Positions 1 through 9,693 of a stretch of DNA of 64,000 nt are shown here, piece after piece. Position numbers and translations under genes: made by a program. How positions within the stretch are numbered: the stretch's first letter is position 1; every line of letters begins with the position of its first letter. The stretch comes from Candidatus Daviesbacteria bacterium. Lineage in GTDB: Bacteria; Patescibacteriota; Microgenomatia; Daviesbacterales; UBA10151. The DNA lies in contig JAQTZF010000001.1 in assembly GCA_028687915.1 (NCBI GenBank), positions 1,966-65,965 on the forward strand, given 5' to 3'. A model generated the notes under the pieces. That model made no database searches. It worked only from the letters and a program-made list of their open reading frames with translations, and had not been told where the DNA came from.

Positions 1-230
1 TTTCAGGGTGCGGAGGAGCTTCTACTGTTATTCATGTTAACTTTGATACTTTTCCTGCTGGAGCTCAAACTATTTACTATTATTATGGTAACCTTTCAGC
101 CTCAGATGGTTTTAATCTGGCTGATTTTGCTACTCAGGCTTCTAATTATACTGTAGGTTCTTTGGGATCAGAGGAAAAAAGTGTGGGACCAGTAGCTTAT
201 TGGGGATTTGATGAAGGGCAAGGCCAAACC
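1..230 (+). repeat. Segmental duplication: nt 1-230 are identical to 5110-5340 (tandem paralogous genes)
   Basis: Direct comparison shows no mismatches over ~230 nt. Further identical blocks at 760-860/5950-6050, 2090-2400/7320-7640, 2780-2940/8050-8200 and 3600-3830/8810-9040. Confidence 0.85.
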
Positions 231-3200
231 ACCCAAGACTCCAGCCCTAATAACCTAGATGGGACAATTTCAGGAGCCACCTGGGAAACAGAAGATCAAT
301 GTGTTACTGGAAAGTGTTTATTTTTTGATGGTTCCACTAGCGGTGTCAGTTCTTCCAACAGCAGTCTTTTATCTCCAGCCAATATTACACTTTCGGTCTG
401 GATAAAACCTACTTCCCTACCTACTCTTAACCAAGTTATGGGAATTATAGATAAAAGAGATAACGCTGGTGGTTCTGCTGGATATGTGCTTGAACTTTTT
501 AATAACGGAGGAACTCAAGAAATTTTATGGATTACCCCCGCCGCCTCCGAATTCGTTACAACCTTACCTACTAATACCTGGTCCCATATTGTAATCACCC
601 ATAATGATACTACTGCAACCTTATATCTAAACGGCCAGAATCTTGGTTCTAAACCAGTAGCTCCTATAACTGATTACAATACTTCCCTCCTTATCGGTAG
701 AAGATCTGATGGTGGTTATTTTAAAGGTTTTATTGATGATGTAAAGATTTATCCATTTGCCAAAACTGCTGCTCAAGTAAAGGCTGATTATATCTCTAAA
801 TCAGGAAGCTCTTCTGACCAAGGCTCTTCTGCAGTACTTGGAGCACAAAGCCAAAAATACCTATCTGATGGTTTAGTAGGTTACTGGAAGATGGAAGAAA
901 GTTCTGATGGATCTGGAGCTGTTACTAGAAATGATTCTTCTGGAAATGGGAATAATGTGACTGATAACAATACTGTAGGTTCTGGAGCTGGTAAATTTAG
1001 CAATGCCGCTGATTTCGCACTAAGTAATAGTAATGAAATGCTCTCTATAGCCCATGCGTCTCAAACAGGATTAAACCCCTCTAGCCAAGTTACAGTAGCA
1101 GGATGGGTCAATCCCAGAAGTGTATCCTCAACAGAATGGATTATCTCTAAAGGAACATATAACTGCTGTGGCACACCCGCTTCCTATAATTACGCCTTGC
1201 GAATGTATAATGGAGGCCAGGTACAGTTTTCAGTCAGCACTAACGGAACTTCTTATGATGCATCAGCTTATTCCTCAGTCAGTTTAACCGCAGGAACATG
1301 GTATTACTTAGTCGGTGTTTATGATGGTAAAAATCTACAAGTTTACGTTAACGGTACCCCGGGAACAAGTGCTGCTTTAACAGGGAATATTTACAACAGT
1401 GCTGGTAATTTTACCATTGGAGCAGAAGATTTTGGAAACAATGGTGACCCTATTGGTAATGAATTTGATGGCTCAATTGATGAAGTCAGAGTCTACAACC
1501 GTGCCCTATCCCCCAAAGAAGTTTCTGATTTATATAACTGGGCACCAGGTCCTGTAGGATATTGGAATTTTGAAGAAGGATCAGGCACTGCTGTTAATGA
1601 TACATCTGGTACAGGAAACGCTGGCACTTGGAATGGAGATGGAACTCATTGGACTTCTGGAAAATTTGGCAAAGCTGGAAAATTTAATGGAACTACTGAT
1701 AATGTCCAAATGGCCTCAGCTAGTATTAATACTACTAATCCTTATACCATGGAGGCTTGGATTTCCCCCTTAGATCCTATAACTGAAGGCTGGGACAGAT
1801 TAATTATGGGAAATCAGTTTGGAGATTATCTTTATATTTATGGTACTTCTGGTACTTGGCAACTAAAAATTGGCAGTGCTTATTCAACTACTAATGTTTT
1901 AACCAAAGGCACCTGGCAACATGTAGCAGTAACTTATAACGGCCCTAACACTTATAAAATTTATGTTAATGGTGTAGATGTTACTTCTTCAGGAACAGGA
2001 ACTGGAACTGATAACAGCTCTATTATCTTTGTTGGAAGCAAGTGGGATCTAAGTTCTGCATATCAAGGGAATATTGATGAAGTTAAAATATATAACTATG
2101 CCAGGACCCAAAAACAAATTGTTTCTGATATGAATGGAGGGCATCCTGCAGTTGGATCTCCGGTGGGATCTGCTGTAGGTTATTGGGATTTTGATGAAGG
2201 AGCAGATAATAAATGTTCTGGAGGCACAAATGATGTTTGTAATTCAGGTTCAGGAGGATCTGCTTTAGATGGAGCCCAGTCTGGCATGAGTGTTCCAGCC
2301 ACCACCACCTCAGGCTGGACAAACTCAGGTAAATTTGGCAAAGCTCTAATTTTTGATGGGACTGATGATTTTATTAGTGTTGCTAATAATGCAGCTTTAA
2401 ATACTACCAGTGGATCAATTTCTACCTGGGTCAAACTTTCGGATTTACCTTCCACGAACTATACTGTTGCTTCTAAATGGATCAATGATCCTTATGGGTA
2501 TAGACTACTTATTACCTCCAGCGGACAAGTTCAGATGCAGGTAGGTGATGGGAGTGGAGCCGATACAGTAACCTCAACAGCCGCATTAACTCCAGGTACT
2601 TGGGTTCACTTAGTCGGAACCTGGAAAGCAGGTGCCGGAACTACACTCTATTTTAATGGTGTTCCTACTTCTGCGCCAGTTGGAACAAGAACTATTTCAT
2701 ATTCAGGCACTCCCGGAGCTTTAAATATTGGAAAAAATATATCTGAGTGGTATTTAAAGGGTGCAATTGATGAGTTTAAAATATATCCATATGCCTTAAC
2801 TGCTGATGAGGTTAAAACAGAGTACAACAGAGGGCAATCTTTAGTCTTAGGAGCTGCTGGGAATAATTCTACTTATGCCTCTCAAGCTGCTAATCAGGAA
2901 TATTGTGTGCCTGGGGATACCACTAGTTGTGCTGGACCTATTGGAGAATGGAAATTTGAAGAAAAAAGTGGCCAATCAATTTATGATACTTCTGGGAATG
3001 GCAACACTGGCACTTTAGGTATTGCTGGCAGTGCTAATACAGATGACCCTACTTGGACTTCTGGAAAAATAGGTGGAGCACTAAGTCTGGATGGCAGTAA
3101 TGACACTATTAATTTAGGTTCAGGCAGTAATTTAGATGATTTAGCTGCCGGAGATTTTACTGCTGAGACATGGGCATATCTGATTGATAGAGCTCCGATC

Positions 3201-4391
3201 AGCGGAAATGATGCTATTACTTTAATGGAAAAGATACATGATCCAGGCGGCTGTGTCACCCCAAATGGCTGGTTTTTAACCTCAAACAATTCCAATATGA
3301 ATGTAATTTTTTCTGTCCCTCATGGAACCACTACTGCAACCTATCGATCCGCTCTAAATGTTCTTACCAAAAATTCCTGGCAACATATTGTGGCAGTCTG
3401 GAATGGCACAGCCAAAACAGCAAAAATTTACGTTAATGGAAAAGAGGTTAGCTACCAGACCCAAACTCCAGGAGTAGGAACTTTAAATACTGATGCAAGT
3501 GGAAACTTAAGAATGTCTGGTTCAGCCTGCTCTGCATTTGCTATTAAGGGCAAGGTTGATGAAACAAAAATTTTTAATTACCAACGCACTCCTGCTCAAG
3601 TGGCCTGGGATTATAACAAAGGTGGACCTGTAGGATCCTGGGATTTTGATGAATGCCAGGGTACTTCTGCCTATGATTTATCTGGAAACTCTAATACAGG
3701 CACAATTACCATTGGAACTGGTGCAGGCACAGGACAACAAGATTCTGTTGGTACTTGCACTACTTCTACTGTTACAGCTTGGTATAACGGCAGAACTGGT
3801 AAAAGAAACGCTTCACTTAATTTTGATGGAATTGATGATTATGTCCAAACAGGTACTAATTTACTTGGTGGTAAAAGTATGGCAACTATTTCTACCTGGA
3901 TTTATCCCACCAGTTTTTCTGCTGATGTTTATCTTTCCAGGTTTGTATCCAATGTTACAACTATATTAGGCTGGCAAACAGCTTATACCAGCGTAGGCAG
4001 CCCAAGAGCAGCAATAGCAATTCAAACAAATAATAATCCAGCAAATGTTATCGGATATGGAAATACAGTTCTTTCTGCAAATAATTGGTACCATTTGGTT
4101 GCTGTATATGATGGTACTGCTACCGGAGATGCTAATAGACTCAAGCTTTATCTAAATGGTAAACAAGAAACATTAACCTATGATGGTACTGTGCCTGCAA
4201 CTATATATGATTCAGGAACTAATATAGGTTTCGGAGCTGATTCAGGATTTAGCCCTAGTGCCAGTTATCCCTATGCTACAGGAAAGATTGATGAAGCAAA
4301 AGTTTTCAATTATGCTTTAACTTCTACACAGGTTAAAAACTTATATAATAATGGAGCTGTATTTTACGGACCTTCTACGGGTTCCCCGTAG
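1..4391 (+). CDS. Giant LamG-repeat surface protein, 5'-partial (frame 3 continues from upstream of the window). Tandem paralog of 4823..9616.
   Basis: Open frame runs from nt 3. nt 1-230 are identical to 5110-5340, which lie inside the neighbouring gene, so the true start is upstream of the window. At least 7 LamG/concanavalin-like modules, each ending in the motif D[DE]xx[IV][YF]N[YR]ALxxxE[IV]xxxY (e.g. DEVRVYNRALSPKEVSDLYN, DEVKIYNYARTQKQI, DEFKIYPYALTADEVKTEYN). Confidence 0.8.
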   Translation, partial: SGCGGASTVIHVNFDTFPAGAQTIYYYYGNLSASDGFNLADFATQASNYTVGSLGSEEKSVGPVAYWGFDEGQGQTTQDSSPNNLDGTISGATWETEDQCVTGKCLFFDGSTSGVSSSNSSLLSPANITLSVWIKPTSLPTLNQVMGIIDKRDNAGGSAGYVLELFNNGGTQEILWITPAASEFVTTLPTNTWSHIVITHNDTTATLYLNGQNLGSKPVAPITDYNTSLLIGRRSDGGYFKGFIDDVKIYPFAKTAAQVKADYISKSGSSSDQGSSAVLGAQSQKYLSDGLVGYWKMEESSDGSGAVTRNDSSGNGNNVTDNNTVGSGAGKFSNAADFALSNSNEMLSIAHASQTGLNPSSQVTVAGWVNPRSVSSTEWIISKGTYNCCGTPASYNYALRMYNGGQVQFSVSTNGTSYDASAYSSVSLTAGTWYYLVGVYDGKNLQVYVNGTPGTSAALTGNIYNSAGNFTIGAEDFGNNGDPIGNEFDGSIDEVRVYNRALSPKEVSDLYNWAPGPVGYWNFEEGSGTAVNDTSGTGNAGTWNGDGTHWTSGKFGKAGKFNGTTDNVQMASASINTTNPYTMEAWISPLDPITEGWDRLIMGNQFGDYLYIYGTSGTWQLKIGSAYSTTNVLTKGTWQHVAVTYNGPNTYKIYVNGVDVTSSGTGTGTDNSSIIFVGSKWDLSSAYQGNIDEVKIYNYARTQKQIVSDMNGGHPAVGSPVGSAVGYWDFDEGADNKCSGGTNDVCNSGSGGSALDGAQSGMSVPATTTSGWTNSGKFGKALIFDGTDDFISVANNAALNTTSGSISTWVKLSDLPSTNYTVASKWINDPYGYRLLITSSGQVQMQVGDGSGADTVTSTAALTPGTWVHLVGTWKAGAGTTLYFNGVPTSAPVGTRTISYSGTPGALNIGKNISEWYLKGAIDEFKIYPYALTADEVKTEYNRGQSLVLGAAGNNSTYASQAANQEYCVPGDTTSCAGPIGEWKFEEKSGQSIYDTSGNGNTGTLGIAGSANTDDPTWTSGKIGGALSLDGSNDTINLGSGSNLDDLAAGDFTAETWAYLIDRAPISGNDAITLMEKIHDPGGCVTPNGWFLTSNNSNMNVIFSVPHGTTTATYRSALNVLTKNSWQHIVAVWNGTAKTAKIYVNGKEVSYQTQTPGVGTLNTDASGNLRMSGSACSAFAIKGKVDETKIFNYQRTPAQVAWDYNKGGPVGSWDFDECQGTSAYDLSGNSNTGTITIGTGAGTGQQDSVGTCTTSTVTAWYNGRTGKRNASLNFDGIDDYVQTGTNLLGGKSMATISTWIYPTSFSADVYLSRFVSNVTTILGWQTAYTSVGSPRAAIAIQTNNNPANVIGYGNTVLSANNWYHLVAVYDGTATGDANRLKLYLNGKQETLTYDGTVPATIYDSGTNIGFGADSGFSPSASYPYATGKIDEAKVFNYALTSTQVKNLYNNGAVFYGPSTGSP

Positions 4392-4437
4392 AATAGTATC
4401 TGGTATCTAGTATTTAGTATATGGCAAATATAAAAAA

Positions 4438-4812
4438 ATGGAAAATAATAAAATAAAATCTTTTACTGATTTAATAGCTTGGCAGGAATCACATCAGTTA
4501 GTCCTGATCATTTATAAAATGCTTAAAACTTTTCCCAAAGAAGAGGTTTTTGCTTTAACTGATCAAATGAGAAGATGCTCTATTTCTATTAGTTCAAATA
4601 TTGCAGAAGGATTTTCTAGACAAGGGAAAAAAGAAAAAATGCAATTCTACTATATGGCAAAAGGATCACTAACCGAACTTCAAAACCAGCTCTTAGTTAG
4701 TAGAGACGTGGGTTATATTTCAAAAGAGAAGTTCACTGAAATAGCAGATCAAACAGTATTAGTACATAAATTATTAAATGGTCTGTTAAAATCTTGTTTC
4801 GCAAAATACTAA
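4438..4812 (+). CDS. Four-helix-bundle protein (23S rRNA intervening-sequence protein family, TIGR02436-like; Avd-like fold family)
   Basis: 124 aa. Motifs WQESHQLVLIIYKMLKTFPKEEVFALTDQMRRCSISISSNIAEGFSR ... AKGSLTELQNQLLVSRDVGYI match the family consensus W.KA..L...IY..T..FPK.E.Y.LT.Q.RRA..SI..NIAEG ... GS..EL.T.L.IA...GYI. Confidence 0.8.
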   Translation: MENNKIKSFTDLIAWQESHQLVLIIYKMLKTFPKEEVFALTDQMRRCSISISSNIAEGFSRQGKKEKMQFYYMAKGSLTELQNQLLVSRDVGYISKEKFTEIADQTVLVHKLLNGLLKSCFAKY

Positions 4813-4822
4813 ATACTAAATT

Positions 4823-7800
4823 ATGAAGCTAAATACTAAATACAAAATACTAAATACAAAAAAAATACTCACTCTTACTATTTTAGCCCTTTGTACAGGG
4901 ATTTTCTTGTGGTTCTTTACTAATCCAGCCTCTGCTGCCTGGTGGGATGATAGTTGGACTTTTAGAAAATCAATTGCTCTTACCAACAATACCACTGCTG
5001 AAACAAATGTTTATGTTTCAGTAACTATTAATACAACAGATACATCCAGATTCCAGACTGATTGTGGTGATGTAAGGTTTACCAAACAAAATGGTGAACT
5101 ACTTCCCTATTATATTGTTTCAGGGTGCGGAGGAGCTTCTACTGTTATTCATGTTAACTTTGATACTTTTCCTGCTGGAGCTCAAACTATTTACTATTAT
5201 TATGGTAACCTTTCAGCCTCAGATGGTTTTAATCTGGCTGATTTTGCTACTCAGGCTTCTAATTATACTGTAGGTTCTTTGGGATCAGAGGAAAAAAGTG
5301 TGGGACCAGTAGCTTATTGGGGATTTGATGAAGGACAAGGCCAGACTACTCAGGATTCTAGTACTAATAATTATGATGGAACTTTGGGGGCCACTACTGG
5401 CTCCTCTACAGATGATCCTACCTGGCAAACAGAAGATATGTGTATTTCTGGTAAATGTTTAAAGTTTGATGGTGGTGACTATGTCAGTGGCGGTGATGTT
5501 AACCAAGTAGACAATGTTTCAGCTATCACCGTATCAGCCTGGGTAAAAGTAAATACAGCTACTAATTGGGCAGGTGTAATGGGAAAATCAAGTTCTGGTA
5601 CCAGTCGTTGGGGTATGGAACTGGCAGAAGCAAGCTATGGAGGAACTGATGATGTATTTATCATGATGGGTAATGGTGCCAACTCGTATGGTTACACCCA
5701 GGGAAATATTATTGATACTAATAAATGGCATCTTTGGACTATGGTTTTTGATGGAACTCAATCTGGAAATGCCAACCGTCTTAAATTTTACCTGGATGGA
5801 ATCCAAAGACCCCTTAATTTTGGAGGCACTACCATCCCTGCTACTACTCCTTCAAACAGTACTCCAATCACCATAGGTGCTGAGAATGCTTCCAGTTCTT
5901 TTTTAAATGGAATGATTGATGAGCCAAAAGTCTATAACTATGCTAAAACTGCTGCCCAAATCAAAGCTGATTATATCTCCAAATCAGGTAGTTCTTCTGA
6001 CCAAGGCTCCTCTGCAGTACTTGGAGCATCTTCTCAAAAATACCTTTCTGATGGATTAGTAGGATACTGGAAAATGAATGAAGCTTCCTGGACTAATAAT
6101 TGTTCTGCTGCTTCTGTAACAGATTCTTCTGGTAATGGTAATAATGGTAAGGCATGCCCAAATGCAACAGGACCAACAGGAGGCAATATTGGTACTTTTG
6201 GTAATGGTGGATCTTTTGATGCAGTTGATGACAATATAGCAGTAACTCATGCTAGTTCACTTAGCCTAACAGATTCTATTACTATATCTACCTGGGTTAA
6301 AGTTACCTTAAATAATTCCTGGTCAGATCATGTTATTTTATATAAACAAAACGGAGCCACGTTAAATTATGCGTTTGGAATTAGAGAACAAAATGGTTTA
6401 TTCCCTGATTTTGCATATACTGATGGATCAGGATCAAATAACCATAAATGGAGATCAACTACAGCAATAAGTGCTGACACCTGGACCCATATTACTGTGA
6501 CCTATTCTTTTGGTAAAGCTAATACGATGGCTATATATATTAATGGTGTTCCAGCTAGTGGATCCTGGATTAGCGGTAATGGTAATAGTTCTGCTGATAC
6601 AACCACTACTGACTTATTAATATCTCCTGGAAACAGTACCCTAGATGACCTCCGTATTTATAATAAAACCCTGTCCCCCAAAGAAGTTTCTGATCTCTAT
6701 AACTTTGCCCCAGGGCCAGTAGGATATTGGAATATGGATGATAAAGTTTCTGGTGATTCCAAAACTGTAGTTGATTCCTCTGGTAATGGGAATAATGGGA
6801 CCACAAGTTACGGTGCAAATACCTCTGGCATGGATTGTTCTAAATCAGGTAAGTTTGGTGGTGGCTGTACCTTTGATGGTGTGGATGATTATATTGATGT
6901 AGGATCTGATACTTCTTTAGATAATCTCCCAAATGGAGATTTTACAGCTGAGGCTTGGACAAGATTTGATGCCGCACTTACAGAAACATATTGGCTGATT
7001 CTTGGAAAAACTAAATGGCAGATCGAACCGTTTTATAATGGTGCCCAATCTTCAATTTGGTTCTTTGTAGACATGGGAGCTGGGACTAGTATGGATTACC
7101 GTTGCCAATTTACCTATGACAGAGGTAATTGGCATCATATTACAGGAGTTTATACAGCCAGCACTAAAACAGCGGTAGTTTATTATGATGGCACCCCCTT
7201 AACTTGCTCAACAACTACTGCCGGTGTTGGTACTTATATTGGAGATGCTGCAAGCCCAATGAGAATTGGTATGAATCAGGGTGATGGAACCCCTAAAATG
7301 AATGGTGGACTTGATGATGTCAAAGTTTATAACTATGCTCGTACTCAGAAACAAATTATCTCTGACATGAACGCAGGGCATCCTGCTGTTGGCTCCCCTG
7401 TGGGATCAGCTTTGGGATATTGGAAATTTGATGAAGGAGCAGATAATAAATGCTCTGGAGGCACTAATGATGTTTGTAATTCAGGCTCAGCTGGCTCTGC
7501 TTTAGATGGAGCAGAATCTAATATGAGTATTCCAGCCACAACTACTTCTGGCTGGACTAATTCTGGTAAATTTGGCAAAGCTTTAATATTTGATGGAAGC
7601 AATGATTTTATTAGTGTTGCTAATAATGCAGCTTTAAATTTTGACACTGGCTCTTTTTCTATTTCAACCTGGATGAAAACAACATTTTCAGGAGCAGGAG
7701 AAAAAATACTTATAAGAAAAGATCTAGAATCTCAATCTCCCAGAAGACTTTATACTCTTTTCTATAATCTTGTAGCTAATAAAGCAACTTTTGATCTCTA

Positions 7801-9616
7801 TGACAATGCTACTGAATATAAAGCCACTTCTCTTACCTCAGTAAATGATGGTAATTGGCATCATATTGTTGGAGTAAGAGATTCAACAACCAATCAAATC
7901 AAATTATATGTTGATGGAAAATTGGAAGCTAGCACAGCTATAACTGGAATTAACATAACTAATACCGGGGTGTTAAAATTTGGTAGTTACACAGAAACTG
8001 TCGGTGCCTTTTTCTCCGGTTCCATTGATGAAAGTAAAATCTATGGCTACGCCTTAACTGCTGATGAGGTTAAGACTGAATATAACAGAGGACAATCTAT
8101 GGTATTAGGTGCTGCTGGGAATAATTCTTCTTATGCCTCTCAAGCTGCTAATCAGGAATATTGTGTCCCTGGAGATACCACCTCCTGTGTTGCTCCTGTT
8201 GCTGAATGGAAGCTTGAAGAAGGATCTGGAATTAGTGCTTATGATACTTCAGGAAACGGATCAACCGGGACTTTGACTAATACTCCTGTTTGGACCAATG
8301 GCAAGTATGGTAAAGCGCTTAATTTCTCTGGTACATCATTTATAAATGTAACTGATAGCAATAATTTAAGTCCTGCAAGCAACACATTTAGCGTTGGTGC
8401 TTGGATATACTTAAATTCTACTGGTTCCTATCAAACAATTGTTTCTAAGGATAGTGATGCTGCCAATGGAGGAAGAGAATATTTCTTATATATAGACATC
8501 TCAAACGTAGTAGTTTTTGGAGCTTCTACAAATGGTAATGATATGCCGGCGGTTGTCGGGCTCAGTACTTTATCAGCTGGCAGGTGGTACTATATTGAAG
8601 CTGTTTTAAGCGGATCAAACCAAATGATCTATGTAAATGGTAAGCTTGATAATTCTGCTAACTGGGGTGGCAGCAGTATTCCTAATACTAATACAGCACT
8701 TAATATTGGCAGAAGAAATACTGCCCCTGTAACTAAAGCCCAAATGGATGGTAAAATCGATGACGTCAGATTGTATAATTATGCCCATACCCCTGCTCAG
8801 ATTGCCTGGGATTATAATAAAGGAGCACCTATTGGGCACTGGAAATTTAATGAGTGCCAGGGAGCTACAGCTAATGATTCTTCAGGGAATTCCAATACTG
8901 GAACTATTACTATTGGCACAGGTGCTGGCACAGGACAACAGGATTCTGTAGGAACCTGCACTACTTCTGCTGTTACAGCCTGGTACAACGGCAGAACCGG
9001 AAAAAGAAATTCCAGTCTTAATTTTGATGGGATTGATGATACAGTATCTATTGCCAACCAAGCTAATTTTTCTTTTGAACGCACACAACCATTTTCTATC
9101 TCTGGGTGGATCTATCCAAATATTACCCGCTCCGGATTGCAAATGACTTATGCGATTTTTAGCAAATTAACAAATAACTCACCTTTCACCGGCTATGAAA
9201 TGAATCTGGAATGGAATAATGCCACCCTCACAAATAGAACAACGCTTCAAATTTACTTAATTAGCAGCTGGCCTTCAAACCGAATTACTGTGAACGGTTC
9301 AACAGATCTCCAAAACAGTAGATGGTATCATGCAACATTAACTTATGATGGCTCTTCAGCTGCCAGCGGTGTTAAGCTTTATATAAACGGAGCTGCGGAA
9401 AAGATTACCACTAGTGTTGATGCTTTAACCACAAGTATTGTTAACAACTTAACCCCTTATATTGCCTCCCGACAAAATTCCAATAGCTCAGAAGCCTTAT
9501 TTAATGGCCAGATTGATGATGTGAAAGTTTTTAACTATACCCTTACCTCTACACAAGTTAAAGATTTATATAATGGCGGAGCTGTAAACTTTGGTCCGGT
9601 TACAGGCAGCCCATGA
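4823..9616 (+). CDS. Giant surface protein: signal/TM anchor, DUF2341-like N-domain, then ~8 LamG (concanavalin-like lectin) modules
   Basis: 1597 aa. N-terminal hydrophobic helix. AWWDDSWTFRKSI...DVRFT...LPYYIV...YYYYGN fits DUF2341. Repeated LamG terminal motifs (DDLRIYNKTLSPKEVSDLYN, DDVKVYNYARTQKQI, DESKIYGYALTADEVKTEYN, DDVRLYNYAHTPAQIAWDYN, DDVKVFNYTLTSTQVKDLYN). Long blocks are nucleotide-identical to the gene at 1..4391. Confidence 0.85.
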   Translation: MKLNTKYKILNTKKILTLTILALCTGIFLWFFTNPASAAWWDDSWTFRKSIALTNNTTAETNVYVSVTINTTDTSRFQTDCGDVRFTKQNGELLPYYIVSGCGGASTVIHVNFDTFPAGAQTIYYYYGNLSASDGFNLADFATQASNYTVGSLGSEEKSVGPVAYWGFDEGQGQTTQDSSTNNYDGTLGATTGSSTDDPTWQTEDMCISGKCLKFDGGDYVSGGDVNQVDNVSAITVSAWVKVNTATNWAGVMGKSSSGTSRWGMELAEASYGGTDDVFIMMGNGANSYGYTQGNIIDTNKWHLWTMVFDGTQSGNANRLKFYLDGIQRPLNFGGTTIPATTPSNSTPITIGAENASSSFLNGMIDEPKVYNYAKTAAQIKADYISKSGSSSDQGSSAVLGASSQKYLSDGLVGYWKMNEASWTNNCSAASVTDSSGNGNNGKACPNATGPTGGNIGTFGNGGSFDAVDDNIAVTHASSLSLTDSITISTWVKVTLNNSWSDHVILYKQNGATLNYAFGIREQNGLFPDFAYTDGSGSNNHKWRSTTAISADTWTHITVTYSFGKANTMAIYINGVPASGSWISGNGNSSADTTTTDLLISPGNSTLDDLRIYNKTLSPKEVSDLYNFAPGPVGYWNMDDKVSGDSKTVVDSSGNGNNGTTSYGANTSGMDCSKSGKFGGGCTFDGVDDYIDVGSDTSLDNLPNGDFTAEAWTRFDAALTETYWLILGKTKWQIEPFYNGAQSSIWFFVDMGAGTSMDYRCQFTYDRGNWHHITGVYTASTKTAVVYYDGTPLTCSTTTAGVGTYIGDAASPMRIGMNQGDGTPKMNGGLDDVKVYNYARTQKQIISDMNAGHPAVGSPVGSALGYWKFDEGADNKCSGGTNDVCNSGSAGSALDGAESNMSIPATTTSGWTNSGKFGKALIFDGSNDFISVANNAALNFDTGSFSISTWMKTTFSGAGEKILIRKDLESQSPRRLYTLFYNLVANKATFDLYDNATEYKATSLTSVNDGNWHHIVGVRDSTTNQIKLYVDGKLEASTAITGINITNTGVLKFGSYTETVGAFFSGSIDESKIYGYALTADEVKTEYNRGQSMVLGAAGNNSSYASQAANQEYCVPGDTTSCVAPVAEWKLEEGSGISAYDTSGNGSTGTLTNTPVWTNGKYGKALNFSGTSFINVTDSNNLSPASNTFSVGAWIYLNSTGSYQTIVSKDSDAANGGREYFLYIDISNVVVFGASTNGNDMPAVVGLSTLSAGRWYYIEAVLSGSNQMIYVNGKLDNSANWGGSSIPNTNTALNIGRRNTAPVTKAQMDGKIDDVRLYNYAHTPAQIAWDYNKGAPIGHWKFNECQGATANDSSGNSNTGTITIGTGAGTGQQDSVGTCTTSAVTAWYNGRTGKRNSSLNFDGIDDTVSIANQANFSFERTQPFSISGWIYPNITRSGLQMTYAIFSKLTNNSPFTGYEMNLEWNNATLTNRTTLQIYLISSWPSNRITVNGSTDLQNSRWYHATLTYDGSSAASGVKLYINGAAEKITTSVDALTTSIVNNLTPYIASRQNSNSSEALFNGQIDDVKVFNYTLTSTQVKDLYNGGAVNFGPVTGSP

Positions 9617-9693
9617 TTATTCTTTTATCTAAAATCTAATGTTTGAAAATATTTAACCAAATTTACTATGATAAAGCTGCTAAAACATAAAAA

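Noticed and set aside
1570-3969. Short ORFs (67-107 aa) on both strands nested within the giant LamG gene
   Set aside because: All lie wholly inside a long uninterrupted, motif-rich reading frame. Their composition is odd (Leu-rich, low complexity) and there is no RBS. They are treated as spurious.
1-9616. Possibility that the two LamG genes are a DGR variable-region/template pair
   Set aside because: Differences between the paralogs involve all four bases rather than adenine-specific substitutions. They are spread over kilobases, not a ~100-nt VR. No reverse transcriptase is present in the window. Only the Avd-like gene is suggestive, and it is kept as a separate low-confidence finding.
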